DNA of 64,000 nucleotides from NCBI GenBank assembly GCA_041937185.1, contig CP166621.1:2452571-2516570 (forward strand), written 5' to 3'. The DNA is from Leptolyngbya sp. BL-A-14 (lineage in GTDB: Bacteria; Cyanobacteriota; Cyanobacteriia; Leptolyngbyales; Leptolyngbyaceae). A program made the position numbers and the translations under genes. Position 1 is the first letter of the stretch. Each line of letters opens with the position of its first letter. Below the pieces are notes generated by a model. That model saw only the letters and a program-made list of their open reading frames with translations, did not search any database and was not told the DNA's origin. Below, piece after piece: positions 49,293 to 58,459 of this stretch.

Positions 49293-49652
49293 TTAGTCCA
49301 GAAACTCGCTCCATGGCACGGACTCAAGCTCGTCTAGGGTGCTGCACACCCGCACCTCAAACTTGCTGACTTCTAAGGACAACTCATTTGAAATGTGCAT
49401 CAGTCTAAGACGGAGATAGTACTCATTCAAACTCAACATGACAGCGATCGTCGGCTCGGCAGTGAATACCCGCAACTGCATTTTGGGCCCAAGGCAAATC
49501 ACCCGAAAAAGCAAGCGCTTTTCTTCAATCACATGCCTCCAGTCACCGTGCAGGCAACTGTAGAAAACGGTCTCGCAGATCCTCGACAATTTGCTCAAGC
49601 TGGAAAACATCGACGCCAGATCCTTGCCCTGGTCTGACGATTCATCCGGCAC
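49293..49652 (-). CDS. Hypothetical protein (only sizeable ORF in a 2-kb gene-poor stretch)
   Basis: 119-aa ORF with no recognisable motif. Confidence 0.25.
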   Translation of the reverse strand: MPDESSDQGKDLASMFSSLSKLSRICETVFYSCLHGDWRHVIEEKRLLFRVICLGPKMQLRVFTAEPTIAVMLSLNEYYLRLRLMHISNELSLEVSKFEVRVCSTLDELESVPWSEFLD

Positions 49653-50793
49653 TAGGATCGCACCTTCTGCATCTTTATTTTTTTAATCTCTACGGGTCCA
49701 ATTCCCCGTCTGCTTGCAGCGTTTGTAGTGGGCGGAAGTGCGTCCCGAAGGGAAAATTCCGTAATGCCTCGTCTGCTTGCAGCGAGGATAGGAATTTTAG
49801 CGCTCCGCAACTTTTACTTGGAAAACCTTTTTAAGGTATCAGACATTTTTTCTCTTCTTTCAATCAGAAAACCTACCTTTCCCCGCGCCATAAAAGCATC
49901 GTGAAGGTTTGCTAAAAGACGAGAAAGCCCGACACCAGCGATCGGGCTTGTAATGAAGAACTTACTGTATTTTTGCTGGCTAGCTTAGCGTACCCAAGCA
50001 GATTGAATCGGTGAACATTGCCAACCTACGTGTCCTCATCCTCGTTATCCCACGATTCTTGGTCATAACCGAGGCGCTGCAGCATTTTTGGGTTCTTGGG
50101 TCAAAGAGCACTGCGCAGGGAGCACCGTGCAGACAGGCGAGGGGCAGAAAATTGCCAGAAGTCTCGACAGAAGGGCTTCTAACCGCAATCAACTTGCTAA
50201 GAGTTACGTTAAGACTTAGTCGTCTCAATGTGGACTATACCTTTTTGAGGGGTCGTGCAAAGAACCCCATTTTATGCTCCTGACTACTCAACTCATCCCA
50301 ATTGTTTTCATAGGAGTCTGGTGGACGATAGCGATCACTCTGCCAGGGCAGACGGTCGTAGGCTTGAGTTCTGCTTAGGAGTTTGCCTAAAGACGAGAAA
50401 GCCCGATACCAGCGATCGGGCAAGTATTCACCTTGAAAAAACGCCAGTAACGAAACTGGCGTGCTTATTGTGCCCATTCATAAGCAGAGTTAACAGAGCG
50501 ATCGCCCTTCCCACTCTGGACTAGCTGCAAACTGGCACAATTACCGAAAGTCTTACGCAGTGCTAGTTTCACTTTTTCAGTGTCTTGCACTTCTGCCATT
50601 TAGGCAGTGAACCCAATGGACTAAATACTAACTGAAAGTGCTATTGAATAAATGTTTTAGATTTTTAGGTTAGTCCAACTTTTCAACTTTGGACTACGAT
50701 TGGACTAAACGCCTTAAATGTGACAGTTGCTGAATAAAGCGATTGTGCCAGTTACGTTAGCGCTGTTAGCCCGTTAGCAATTCAGGTTTTCTT

Positions 50794-51006
50794 ATGAGTC
50801 AGCAGCCGATGGTCGGGTGTCGAGTGCCCTCTGCTTGGCATGAGGAAATTATAGCCATCACTGAGGCAACCGGGCAGAGCAGCAGTGAAGTGGTGAGAGA
50901 GGCGATCGCTCTCTACCTAAAGAAATCGAAAGCGGTTACAGTGCGATCACGCCTGGACGACTTGGAGCAACGGTTGAACAAGCTGACGCTACTGGTAACG
51001 CAGTGA
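50794..51006 (+). CDS. Ribbon-helix-helix (CopG-family) DNA-binding protein
   Basis: ...SSEVVREAIALYLKK... RHH helix pattern, 70 aa. Confidence 0.5.
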   Translation: MSQQPMVGCRVPSAWHEEIIAITEATGQSSSEVVREAIALYLKKSKAVTVRSRLDDLEQRLNKLTLLVTQ

Positions 51007-51140
51007 TATCCAGGAAACTGAAAATCTGAGTGCGATACCGAATGAGACAAAATGAAGTGAACCCACCAATTCGACAGGGAATTGAAGAATTTAAGGTTTC
51101 GCTTCATTCCTTTTATAAAAAAGTCACAGGGACGCTGAAT

Positions 51141-52052
51141 TTAACCTGACAGGCTGAAATGGACCATCCATCCTTTCGTTTCTAACTCTTTGCCAGAGAA
51201 GGTTAGCTTACCTCGATGCCCTAGCTCAACACTGTAAAAGTCAGACTCCGGCACTTTATCAATGACAAAAGGAAACACGCACAGGTTTGAATCTCGATCT
51301 GATTTAACGACTTTGCCTTCTCCCAACGAACCAAGCGCAATCATTTTTCCGCTACTATCTAACACTGTAATTTGTGCGCCTGCATTCAAATCGTCAAACC
51401 CGCCAGACTCTACATTGTCATTACCTCGGCAAGAGTCTCCTTGATGTTTATATACAGAGACCAAGGACCCACCTGCTGGATCAATGGTTAGGTCACCAGT
51501 GACTGTGTGGGATGCTGGGGCTAAACCAGGAAGGGCGACTGGCAAAACTGTACTGTCTTTGACCTTGAAGAGTCCTACTCCGAACCAAAGAGCGCTTGTC
51601 ATGAAGAAGGTGCCCACAACTAACACAGATCGTTCTATGTTGCGGTTCCAGTAACGCTGAATGTAATTGGTACGGATACTTATGGGCTGAAGTGATGTTA
51701 TCTCAGGAATAGACTTGGGACTAGCAGCTATTGCTTGGCTTGAATTGGGTGGCTCGCTTATGGTTAAGTCAACGACCTCACGCCACTCGAAAGCGCTATT
51801 ACCCTGTTTCTTGCCTTCTACGATTAGCTTGTTAACCCCTTGGATGTTCAGCCCCCTGATTCCTGTCCAAAGAAAGTTAATCAGCGCTGAACGGTTGGTT
51901 AGTGTTTCAAACTCAACTGCTACAAGCAACCGTTCACCTACTCGTGTCGTCTTGACCTGCATTCCCTTTGGCTGAAGCGACTTGTTGATTAATGCAGCAA
52001 TTGCTTGCGGGTTACCCTGCTTTGCAAGTTCCAGAGCGTTTATCTGACTCAT
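51141..52052 (-). CDS. Membrane protein (single TM helix), last gene of the minus-strand RHH/ParA-fusion operon
   Basis: Soluble ~140-aa N-terminal domain, a TM helix VLVVGTFFMTSALWFGVGLF, then a beta-rich C-terminal domain. Confidence 0.4.
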   Translation of the reverse strand: MSQINALELAKQGNPQAIAALINKSLQPKGMQVKTTRVGERLLVAVEFETLTNRSALINFLWTGIRGLNIQGVNKLIVEGKKQGNSAFEWREVVDLTISEPPNSSQAIAASPKSIPEITSLQPISIRTNYIQRYWNRNIERSVLVVGTFFMTSALWFGVGLFKVKDSTVLPVALPGLAPASHTVTGDLTIDPAGGSLVSVYKHQGDSCRGNDNVESGGFDDLNAGAQITVLDSSGKMIALGSLGEGKVVKSDRDSNLCVFPFVIDKVPESDFYSVELGHRGKLTFSGKELETKGWMVHFSLSG

Positions 52053-52126
52053 AAAATCAAAATGAGTGGAGTTTTCTTAAAGGAGAATTGATAGACATGA
52101 CGTGAGATTCTGAGTTGCTCAGTGCT

Positions 52127-52921
52127 TCACAAAGTAAACAAGGTCTTGAAAGTTTTGACTTTAGCGGTATCAATGCCACAGTCCAGCTTTGTGAGCGGGG
52201 TCAAACTCTTCCACTTACTCCTGTTCGCACTGGCAATCAGATCAGAGACGGCTTCAGGGTCGATCGTGTCAAAGCCCCCAATTTTATAGGTGTTTAGATA
52301 GTTCAAGCGCTCAAAGATTTCGGCTTTCGATGCCTGCTTGATGCTGATGACGGACGGTGGTGCTGGCGGTGGCGGCGGCGGAGTCAAGTAAAAGACAGCG
52401 CTCAAAGCATCGAGCTTCTTGCCCTTCGTGATACCGCACCCAAGCTTAGTAATGGGTGTGAAGTCTTGCCAGGTACTGCGATCCACAGCCGCAATCTTAC
52501 TGGCAGCGATCGTGGCATCGACTGTTTTCAAGGGACTGCCAGGCTGATTAACAAGATGCTTCAAAACCGACTTGATTGTCTCTCTAGAAGCAGTTGTGAA
52601 ATTCACTTTGGGAGTCACTTCTCCAGCGAGAATGCGAGCCTGTTCAATGTCTGGCGTGCTGGACTTAATGACAAGGCACCAAAGTTCCTCTAGTCCTGCT
52701 TGAGTCGCAACGACATAGACAAAATGGTTGGTAACTGCCCTGTACGTATAATCTTCGACCTCTTCCACTAATAACGGCATCCAGTTATGCCCGCCAGTTT
52801 TGAGGAGCGCCTCAGCAGCAGCAGCAACAATGTACTCAGGGGGAGCTGCATAATCGTCAGTGGGTAGAATGCTGTCGATCGGCAGACACATGAGTTGCCC
52901 GACGTTATCAAAATCACTCAT
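52127..52921 (-). CDS. ParB-like N-terminal domain protein with a duplicated C-terminal ~45-aa repeat
   Basis: N-terminus LMCLPIDSILP...MPLLVEEVEDYTYRAVTNHFVYVVA is ParB/Srx-like but degenerate. Internal repeats RSTWQDFTPITKLGCGITKGKKL and RSKWKSLTPLTKLDCGIDTAKVK are separated by a PPPPPPAPP linker. Overlaps the upstream ParA-fusion gene by 8 nt. Confidence 0.45.
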   Translation of the reverse strand: MSDFDNVGQLMCLPIDSILPTDDYAAPPEYIVAAAAEALLKTGGHNWMPLLVEEVEDYTYRAVTNHFVYVVATQAGLEELWCLVIKSSTPDIEQARILAGEVTPKVNFTTASRETIKSVLKHLVNQPGSPLKTVDATIAASKIAAVDRSTWQDFTPITKLGCGITKGKKLDALSAVFYLTPPPPPPAPPSVISIKQASKAEIFERLNYLNTYKIGGFDTIDPEAVSDLIASANRSKWKSLTPLTKLDCGIDTAKVKTFKTLFTL

Positions 52922-54278
52922 TTAGAAAATACTCCCTGGCGAGTTCAAGATAATAGGCGTGAATTTTCTTGTTTTTGAGCACAGCAGGTACGCGTGCAAA
53001 AGCAGAACTGGAAACAACGGCATAGTCTGGGAGGTTGAACACGGTTTTGTCCACGTTGCCAGGTCGGATCTTAGGAAAAAAATACGGCAACATATTAATC
53101 CCATCTGCTGGGTTTGCCTTTAAAATTCGCTCAATCTCCTCGCGTGCCATATCGATTGAGCGACCAGCAGCAGGACTGCCATTGAAGAAAATGGGAAGCG
53201 CGATCGGCCCACCATCTTGCCTTAACGTTTTGACCTTGGGCACAAACTCCTGCACAACTCTGGCAGCATTATGGAGCGATGACAGATCATCATGGCGAGT
53301 GGGAATCAGTACAGCATCAGCTGCATAAACCCCACTCTGACTAAAAAAAACCCATTGTGTCGGACAGTCAATAAAGATGTAGTCATACTCGTTGCTAAAC
53401 GGTTGCAGCAAATCTCTGAGCCGAGCGGACGCTTTCTGTACACGGGCTTGGGTATCTTGGGTAAACGCTTCCATACCCAGATCTGCTGGTATTACATCAA
53501 AAATGTGATACACCTTCCCAGCTCTTAGAGTCACTTTATACGGCACGATGGTCGAGCGGATATCTAAAGCTCTGTCTTTTAAGCACTCAGACAGCTTGAT
53601 GTTGTTTGGCTGTAGCCCTAAAGATGTTGTCAAATCACGCTGGGAGTCGAAGTCAACCAATAGTACTTTCTTCTTCTCAGCTGCTAAAGCCGATGCCAAG
53701 TTGATAGTCGTCGTCGTTTTACCTACGCCACCCTTGTTGTTGTAGACACAAACACTGAGGCTGCGAGGAGGATTGTCAATCAGTTTCTTGATTTGATCAA
53801 CGACAGACTTAATATTCTCTCCAGTAATTTCAATGCATTTCGTTGCAGGCACAACAGCCTTGTTGTGATGTCTAAAAAGCTGAATATGAGTTGAGTTAGT
53901 AATAATACCCCAGTGGGCAGTCTTGCCTTTGGGGGAGAGCAGATACCGTTTTAGTTGTGCTCTCGTTGATAGGTATTGTCTAGAGCCCTCTGCTAGATTG
54001 ATGGGGCTGCCTCCACCTGTAAAGCGCCCTTTAATTTCAACCATTAAGAAAGGATCGGCTTTAGTAAAGCTGAAGTTGTCATCAGCTGTGTTCTTGCGAG
54101 CAGCAAAATCAACACTGTCGCTTCCTGCTCCAGTCGCCAATTCACCTACGCGCTCATTTGCGCTAAAGCCCAGCGCTTCCAACAAGTAAGGGACAAAGTG
54201 ACTACCCACGTCAGCTTCTGTTGCCTGCGGAGGAATATTGGCTAAAACTTTGCTCCAATCCATCAACGCTGACCCCAC
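52914..54278 (-). CDS. Fusion of an HSDR_N-like PD-(D/E)xK nuclease-fold domain to a ParA/MinD-type Walker ATPase
   Basis: N-terminal ~150 aa: EADVGSHFVPYLLEALGF...DSVDF...DPFLMVEIKG, a restriction-enzyme N-terminal-like D...E.K pattern. C-terminus has the deviant Walker A YNNKGGVGKTTTT, LLVDFDSQ and IFIDCP of ParA. Confidence 0.6.
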   Translation of the reverse strand: MGSALMDWSKVLANIPPQATEADVGSHFVPYLLEALGFSANERVGELATGAGSDSVDFAARKNTADDNFSFTKADPFLMVEIKGRFTGGGSPINLAEGSRQYLSTRAQLKRYLLSPKGKTAHWGIITNSTHIQLFRHHNKAVVPATKCIEITGENIKSVVDQIKKLIDNPPRSLSVCVYNNKGGVGKTTTTINLASALAAEKKKVLLVDFDSQRDLTTSLGLQPNNIKLSECLKDRALDIRSTIVPYKVTLRAGKVYHIFDVIPADLGMEAFTQDTQARVQKASARLRDLLQPFSNEYDYIFIDCPTQWVFFSQSGVYAADAVLIPTRHDDLSSLHNAARVVQEFVPKVKTLRQDGGPIALPIFFNGSPAAGRSIDMAREEIERILKANPADGINMLPYFFPKIRPGNVDKTVFNLPDYAVVSSSAFARVPAVLKNKKIHAYYLELAREYFLNE

Positions 54279-54396
54279 TCAGAATACGTGGCTAACTCTT
54301 GCGTGATCGCAAGAGCAATTTCTTTTCTAAAGTGCCCTATTTATGAGGGGGATAACAGTAAGTTCACAGGAGCATGACATTAACTTGTTGAACACT

Positions 54397-54588
54397 TCAA
54401 AGGTTGTGCTCAGTATCACGTAAAGCCGCTTCTTTGATTGCAGCTCTCAGCCACTCTGCCTGGTTCGGTCGCGATCGAACGTATTCATAAAGCTCTTTTG
54501 GAAGAAACACCGGAATCGGCTTTTCAGCCAATGGCTCTGGTCCTGAAGGTTTGAAACGGGTTAGATAATCAGCACGTTGCTCAGTCAT
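54397..54588 (-). CDS. Ribbon-helix-helix protein upstream of the ParA-fusion gene
   Basis: 63 aa with IPVFLPKELYEYV...AEWLRAAIKEAAL. Confidence 0.45.
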   Translation of the reverse strand: MTEQRADYLTRFKPSGPEPLAEKPIPVFLPKELYEYVRSRPNQAEWLRAAIKEAALRDTEHNL

Positions 54589-54682
54589 GGCTTAGTTGTA
54601 ACTTGAAGAGCATAATGCTGTCTTCTAAATGAAGTCACTACGCCATTTCTTTAAGTTGCCCCGCCACTCTAAGCCTTTGTCA

Positions 54683-55417
54683 TCAATAGCTGCGTCCATT
54701 ACCACCGTTGTAGAAAGCTGCTCTTTCGGTAGAGCTTAGCGTCCGGGTCCAGATTGCTAAGGTGTCAAGATAGCCGTTCAGGCGTTGGTTGTCGCTGAAG
54801 TTGACATCATTGCCAATCACTAGAACGTTGCTGGCTGCGTACAAACCAGTACCGGAGAACGCACTGGATTGCACCAATGTACCGTTGACTTCCAGGTTCA
54901 CGGTTTTGGCTTCAGCATCGAACCAGCCAATGCAGCAAAGCCATGTGTTGGTGGGTGGATCAGTCAAACCCGCCAGTGTGACTCCCGCTCCGGTTTGATC
55001 GCCCACATAGAAAGCTAGGCTGCCATTGTAGTAATTTAAGCCACAATGCCGTCCAAAGTTAGTATTAGAGCGATTGATAATGGCTGTTCCGCCCGCTGAG
55101 GGAACCTGCCATGCTTGGACATTAATCCAGCAAGCGAAAGTAAAGCTTTGGCTAATAGTGAACGCTGTAGCCGTGTATAACGCTGACGAAGTGCTGATGT
55201 TGAAGTAGTTAAATGATCGCCCATCCCAGCAGTGACCAGGTTTGCCATTCTCTACGATATTGCCTGACCCGCCAGCATTGTCTGTAGGCAAGTGGTAGCC
55301 ATTGGGTGAACTGTCGTTATAGTTCTCGAAGTCATACCATGCAAGCAATCCGGTTTTGAGGATGTCAGTTGCGCTCCCACCAAAGCCAGCAGGTTTGATA
55401 AACAACGGCATCGGCAT
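54683..55417 (-). CDS. LamG/concanavalin-A-like lectin-fold protein (paralog of the 55646 product)
   Basis: Gly/Ser/Thr/Asn-rich beta-sandwich-type composition. Aligns with its paralog at ...WxCxGWFDAEAKTVNLEVNGTL and ...WHYVCVSRSGTSTMQGWIDGT. Confidence 0.45.
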   Translation of the reverse strand: MPMPLFIKPAGFGGSATDILKTGLLAWYDFENYNDSSPNGYHLPTDNAGGSGNIVENGKPGHCWDGRSFNYFNISTSSALYTATAFTISQSFTFACWINVQAWQVPSAGGTAIINRSNTNFGRHCGLNYYNGSLAFYVGDQTGAGVTLAGLTDPPTNTWLCCIGWFDAEAKTVNLEVNGTLVQSSAFSGTGLYAASNVLVIGNDVNFSDNQRLNGYLDTLAIWTRTLSSTERAAFYNGGNGRSY

Positions 55418-55446
55418 AAGCTTAAATCTCCAAAACTTAAATGTTC

Positions 55447-55624
55447 TCTAAAACTCAACACGAGGGTGTATTTGCTTCATTTCGGCATGAATTTTGGCAA
55501 TAAGCTGGGTATCGGCAGGGTCAGTTTCAGCGAGCTGACGTTTCAACTCATCCAGGCGATTACGCCGATCGCGCATCTTGTTCAAAATTGCTTGTGTCTC
55601 ACTGCTTAATTTCGTTATCTTCAT
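55447..55624 (-). CDS. Small coiled-coil protein (58 aa) between the LamG paralogs
   Basis: Hand translation: MKITKLSSETQAILNKMRDRRNRLDELKRQLAETDPADTQLIAKIHAEMKQIHPRVEF. It is below the ORF-track size cut-off. Confidence 0.35.
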
Positions 55625-55645
55625 ATCTTTTAGCTGGCATTGACA

Positions 55646-56368
55646 TCAAGAGTTGGGGAACGCAGCATCCGGGACAGCCGATCCGTCTTTGCTCTGCCCT
55701 GTGGTTAGTCGAATCTCGTCCATAAAACCAGGAAAGAAGGCTGAGCCTGAAGCATCAACGCCAATACGAGCCTGAGAAAGCACTGTGGCGTAATTAGAAG
55801 CGGTTGAAGTGTTTAAGCGTCGAGTGCCATCAATCCAACCTTGCATCGTTGATGTACCTGATCGGCTCACGCAAACGTAGTGCCACTCGTTCAACGAGAA
55901 GCCACCCGTACCGCTGGCACCACCCGTATAGGAATCATCGAGATAAAACCCGTAAGTTGAATCCAGATACAGTTGCAAGATTGAGTTACCGAAGCTGGGC
56001 GAAGTTGGTTGCAAGTTGAGCCAGCTATAACGACCTGCTGCTGTCATGTAGATCCACGCTTCATAGATCCAGTTGCCGCTGCCAGGGCTAAGAGCAGCAC
56101 TGTTAGGCAGGATTAAGTAATCGGTTGAACCATTGAACGCGATCGAGCTGCTGCCGTACTTGAATTGAGCAGTGCTCGTAACTGGAGTGCCGCCAGGGGC
56201 AATATTGTGGACATAACTACTGTTATCGGTGAATGTCGAGCCACCGTTACTGCCCTCGCTATGCAGCAACAGCCTGACGTTGCTATATGAAACACCATCA
56301 GCCGTATAGCCACCACCACCTGCCGGTGGTGTACCTGATCCAAGCATCGTACCTGGGAAAGTAAACAT
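55646..56368 (-). CDS. LamG/concanavalin-A-like lectin-fold protein
   Basis: See the 54683 entry. Confidence 0.45.
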   Translation of the reverse strand: MFTFPGTMLGSGTPPAGGGGYTADGVSYSNVRLLLHSEGSNGGSTFTDNSSYVHNIAPGGTPVTSTAQFKYGSSSIAFNGSTDYLILPNSAALSPGSGNWIYEAWIYMTAAGRYSWLNLQPTSPSFGNSILQLYLDSTYGFYLDDSYTGGASGTGGFSLNEWHYVCVSRSGTSTMQGWIDGTRRLNTSTASNYATVLSQARIGVDASGSAFFPGFMDEIRLTTGQSKDGSAVPDAAFPNS

Positions 56369-56559
56369 CTAGCCAAGTCCTTTCTTGAATGTGTATGAGG
56401 TTTTCGATCGCTGCTCATTATCATGAGGTTTCCAATCGGCGAGCCTGGTTATGAGGTTTCCAATCTTCATCGTGATTGGTCAAAACTTTACGCTGCCTTC
56501 CATGCTCTACTTTGAAGCGCGAGTAAATGTTTTGAGTGGTTTCATTAACGCCCCTCAGC

Positions 56560-57057
56560 ATGAAGACTTCTCATTGCGCGATCGTCCTTCTCCTCTCTGC
56601 TGCCTCCATTTTGCCCTGTCTGAACGCTTCTGCACGATCAAAAGAGCCTGACTACCCTTGCTATATGCGAACAGTCAATGGGCGTGTGGTTGACCTCACC
56701 GCAAGCTTATGCAGGTACAAAGCGGTAGCAGTGCCGATCGCGGCTGCCACAGACACTCAAAGCATTACCGAGCCCGAATCACCCTTTATCACCAGCTACA
56801 AACAACGGGCGAGACGGGTTGAGAATGTTGCTGCTGCTAAATATTTGTTAGCCCAAGCTGATACCAACTCAGAAAAGCTACTGAGCATTGGGTCAAGCGT
56901 TTGTCGGGGCGTAAATGTCAAGTTAAGCCGCCCAGAGCTAGTCACGATCATCGAGAAGGCTTTGCCAACTGATAACGAGAATGCAGTGCTGCATTATGCC
57001 GGGTTACAGCAGATTAGCATTTTGCTCGATATGGCAGAAGCAGGTGAGTGCCCCTAG
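56560..57057 (+). CDS. Secreted protein carrying the EPDYPCYM..V.GR..DLT..LCR motif (paralog of the 59530 product)
   Basis: Signal peptide MKTSHCAIVLLLSAASILPCLNASA followed by KEPDYPCYMRTVNGRVVDLTASLCR. ORF-track frame begins at 56536. Confidence 0.45.
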   Translation: MKTSHCAIVLLLSAASILPCLNASARSKEPDYPCYMRTVNGRVVDLTASLCRYKAVAVPIAAATDTQSITEPESPFITSYKQRARRVENVAAAKYLLAQADTNSEKLLSIGSSVCRGVNVKLSRPELVTIIEKALPTDNENAVLHYAGLQQISILLDMAEAGECP

Positions 57058-57368
57058 ACCTCACTTGCGGTAGCGCACTGCTAATCTGCAAAAGCTTTTT
57101 TAGCTTGCCTGATTAAAGTTTCTGGGCATGTATCCCGATACTCAGCTTTAGTTTTATCTACCCCATCGGAAAAGTCGGATTCAATCATCCTTATGTGAAT
57201 AGTTCGTTTGCGCAGTAGTCTCTTGAAAAAATTCAGAAATTTTCAAAATAGCGATCGACCAACTCAAGCCGTCGCCGATCGAGTCGTGTGAGGAAAGCTC
57301 TTGCCCGCCGCATTTCGGCACCATACCACCCAGTCTTAAGAGCATTCTGAGCACTGGTAGCCTTGCCA

Positions 57369-58037
57369 TCAGCAGTGATTGGTCCCGTTGACGACTGCCA
57401 CGGTTGCCAGTTCTGAATCAGCTCGCGCTGTCGCTGTCGTGCTTCCGGTGTCCATCGGGGCATAGGGTGAAGCCTCTAGTGATGTGGCTGCATGGGACTC
57501 TTGCTCAACTTTCAGTTGGTTGACCTGCTTATCAACGTAGTTTTTGATGAACTGGCTCGGCTTCTTAGGATTGCGAATGTTATCCAGCGTCGTGATTGTG
57601 CGGCGGGATTGCTCCTGGCAGCGGAGTGCTAATTCGAGCAGGCGCGATCGAAGAGTCGTATTTGGCGCACTGTGAGACGCCGTAGCCATGTTGTAAAACA
57701 GAAAATCCAGCGTCGTGATTTGCACTGCTAACCGAGCCTCTAACTCTTTTTGGCTAAAGCCTTCGCCTGTCTGCAAGGCATGAAACGTGGCAATGAGGTT
57801 GTCTGGAGCCGCACCGGGGTCATTAAGTGCAGCAGCAGCTTGGAAATAAAAACTGGTACGCAAACGGGTATCGTTCTGGGCTGACTCACTAGCCTCAACA
57901 GACTCGCCATCAAGCGTCACTTGTAATTGGCGTTTGACTTGCTGCTGTGCTTGCTGCTGCTTTTGAGCCTGGTTTTCTGCCTGCTTACGTTTAGCTATCT
58001 GCAAAAGAAGATCGTGCGACGTTGGTTTTTTTGACAT
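57369..58037 (-). CDS. Hypothetical Gln-rich protein at the island's right end
   Basis: 222-aa ORF whose start is embedded in three tandem TTTTTTGACA 10-mers. Confidence 0.35.
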   Translation of the reverse strand: MSKKPTSHDLLLQIAKRKQAENQAQKQQQAQQQVKRQLQVTLDGESVEASESAQNDTRLRTSFYFQAAAALNDPGAAPDNLIATFHALQTGEGFSQKELEARLAVQITTLDFLFYNMATASHSAPNTTLRSRLLELALRCQEQSRRTITTLDNIRNPKKPSQFIKNYVDKQVNQLKVEQESHAATSLEASPYAPMDTGSTTATARADSELATVAVVNGTNHC

Positions 58038-58411
58038 TTTTTGACATTTTTTGACGTTTTCTAGCGCTTTCTGCCGATGACCCTCTTTGTCGGTTCACAA
58101 AAAACTCAAATGAGTATCACCTATGAGTTGTGCGATCGTTGTTTCAGCGATCCACTTCACGTCAGCAGACAGCTTGTTAATGAGTACCTAGAAGCTTCAT
58201 CGAACTAGGCAACGGACAACAAGATCGCGGCGTAATATTCTTTTGCCACAAGCTAGCTGAACAACTGCTCTCTTCTCTTTACAACAGACAGTTCAAGTAT
58301 AGACAGTGCCAACATAGGCAGACACACAAAGATCGTGTCATCAACTCGTATGGATAAACATACTTAGCGAGTTGTTGACACCGCTAGGGTGAAATATTCT
58401 CTTTTACTGGT

Positions 58412-58433
58412 TTTAGGGCTGATTTAGGGCTGA
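58412..58433 (+). repeat. Tandem TTTAGGGCTGA x2, identical to 26096-26117
   Basis: Exact identity with the left-end copy. It lies 22 nt from the att core. Confidence 0.6.
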
Positions 58434-58459
58434 TTCATGACCCTGATCCCCAAAACCAA

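Noticed and set aside
49703-49792. Two copies of CGTCTGCTTGCAGCG considered as a mini-CRISPR
   Set aside because: Only two copies, 14-15 nt long, irregular spacing. Treated as part of the repeat-rich non-coding region instead.
57233-57463. 76-aa ORF overlapping the start of the 222-aa gene by 95 nt
   Set aside because: The overlap is in a different frame on the same strand with no independent signals. Kept the longer gene only.
26121-58037. Island considered as a prophage
   Set aside because: No recognisable terminase, portal, capsid, tail tube or lysis genes. The LamG-like proteins alone are insufficient.
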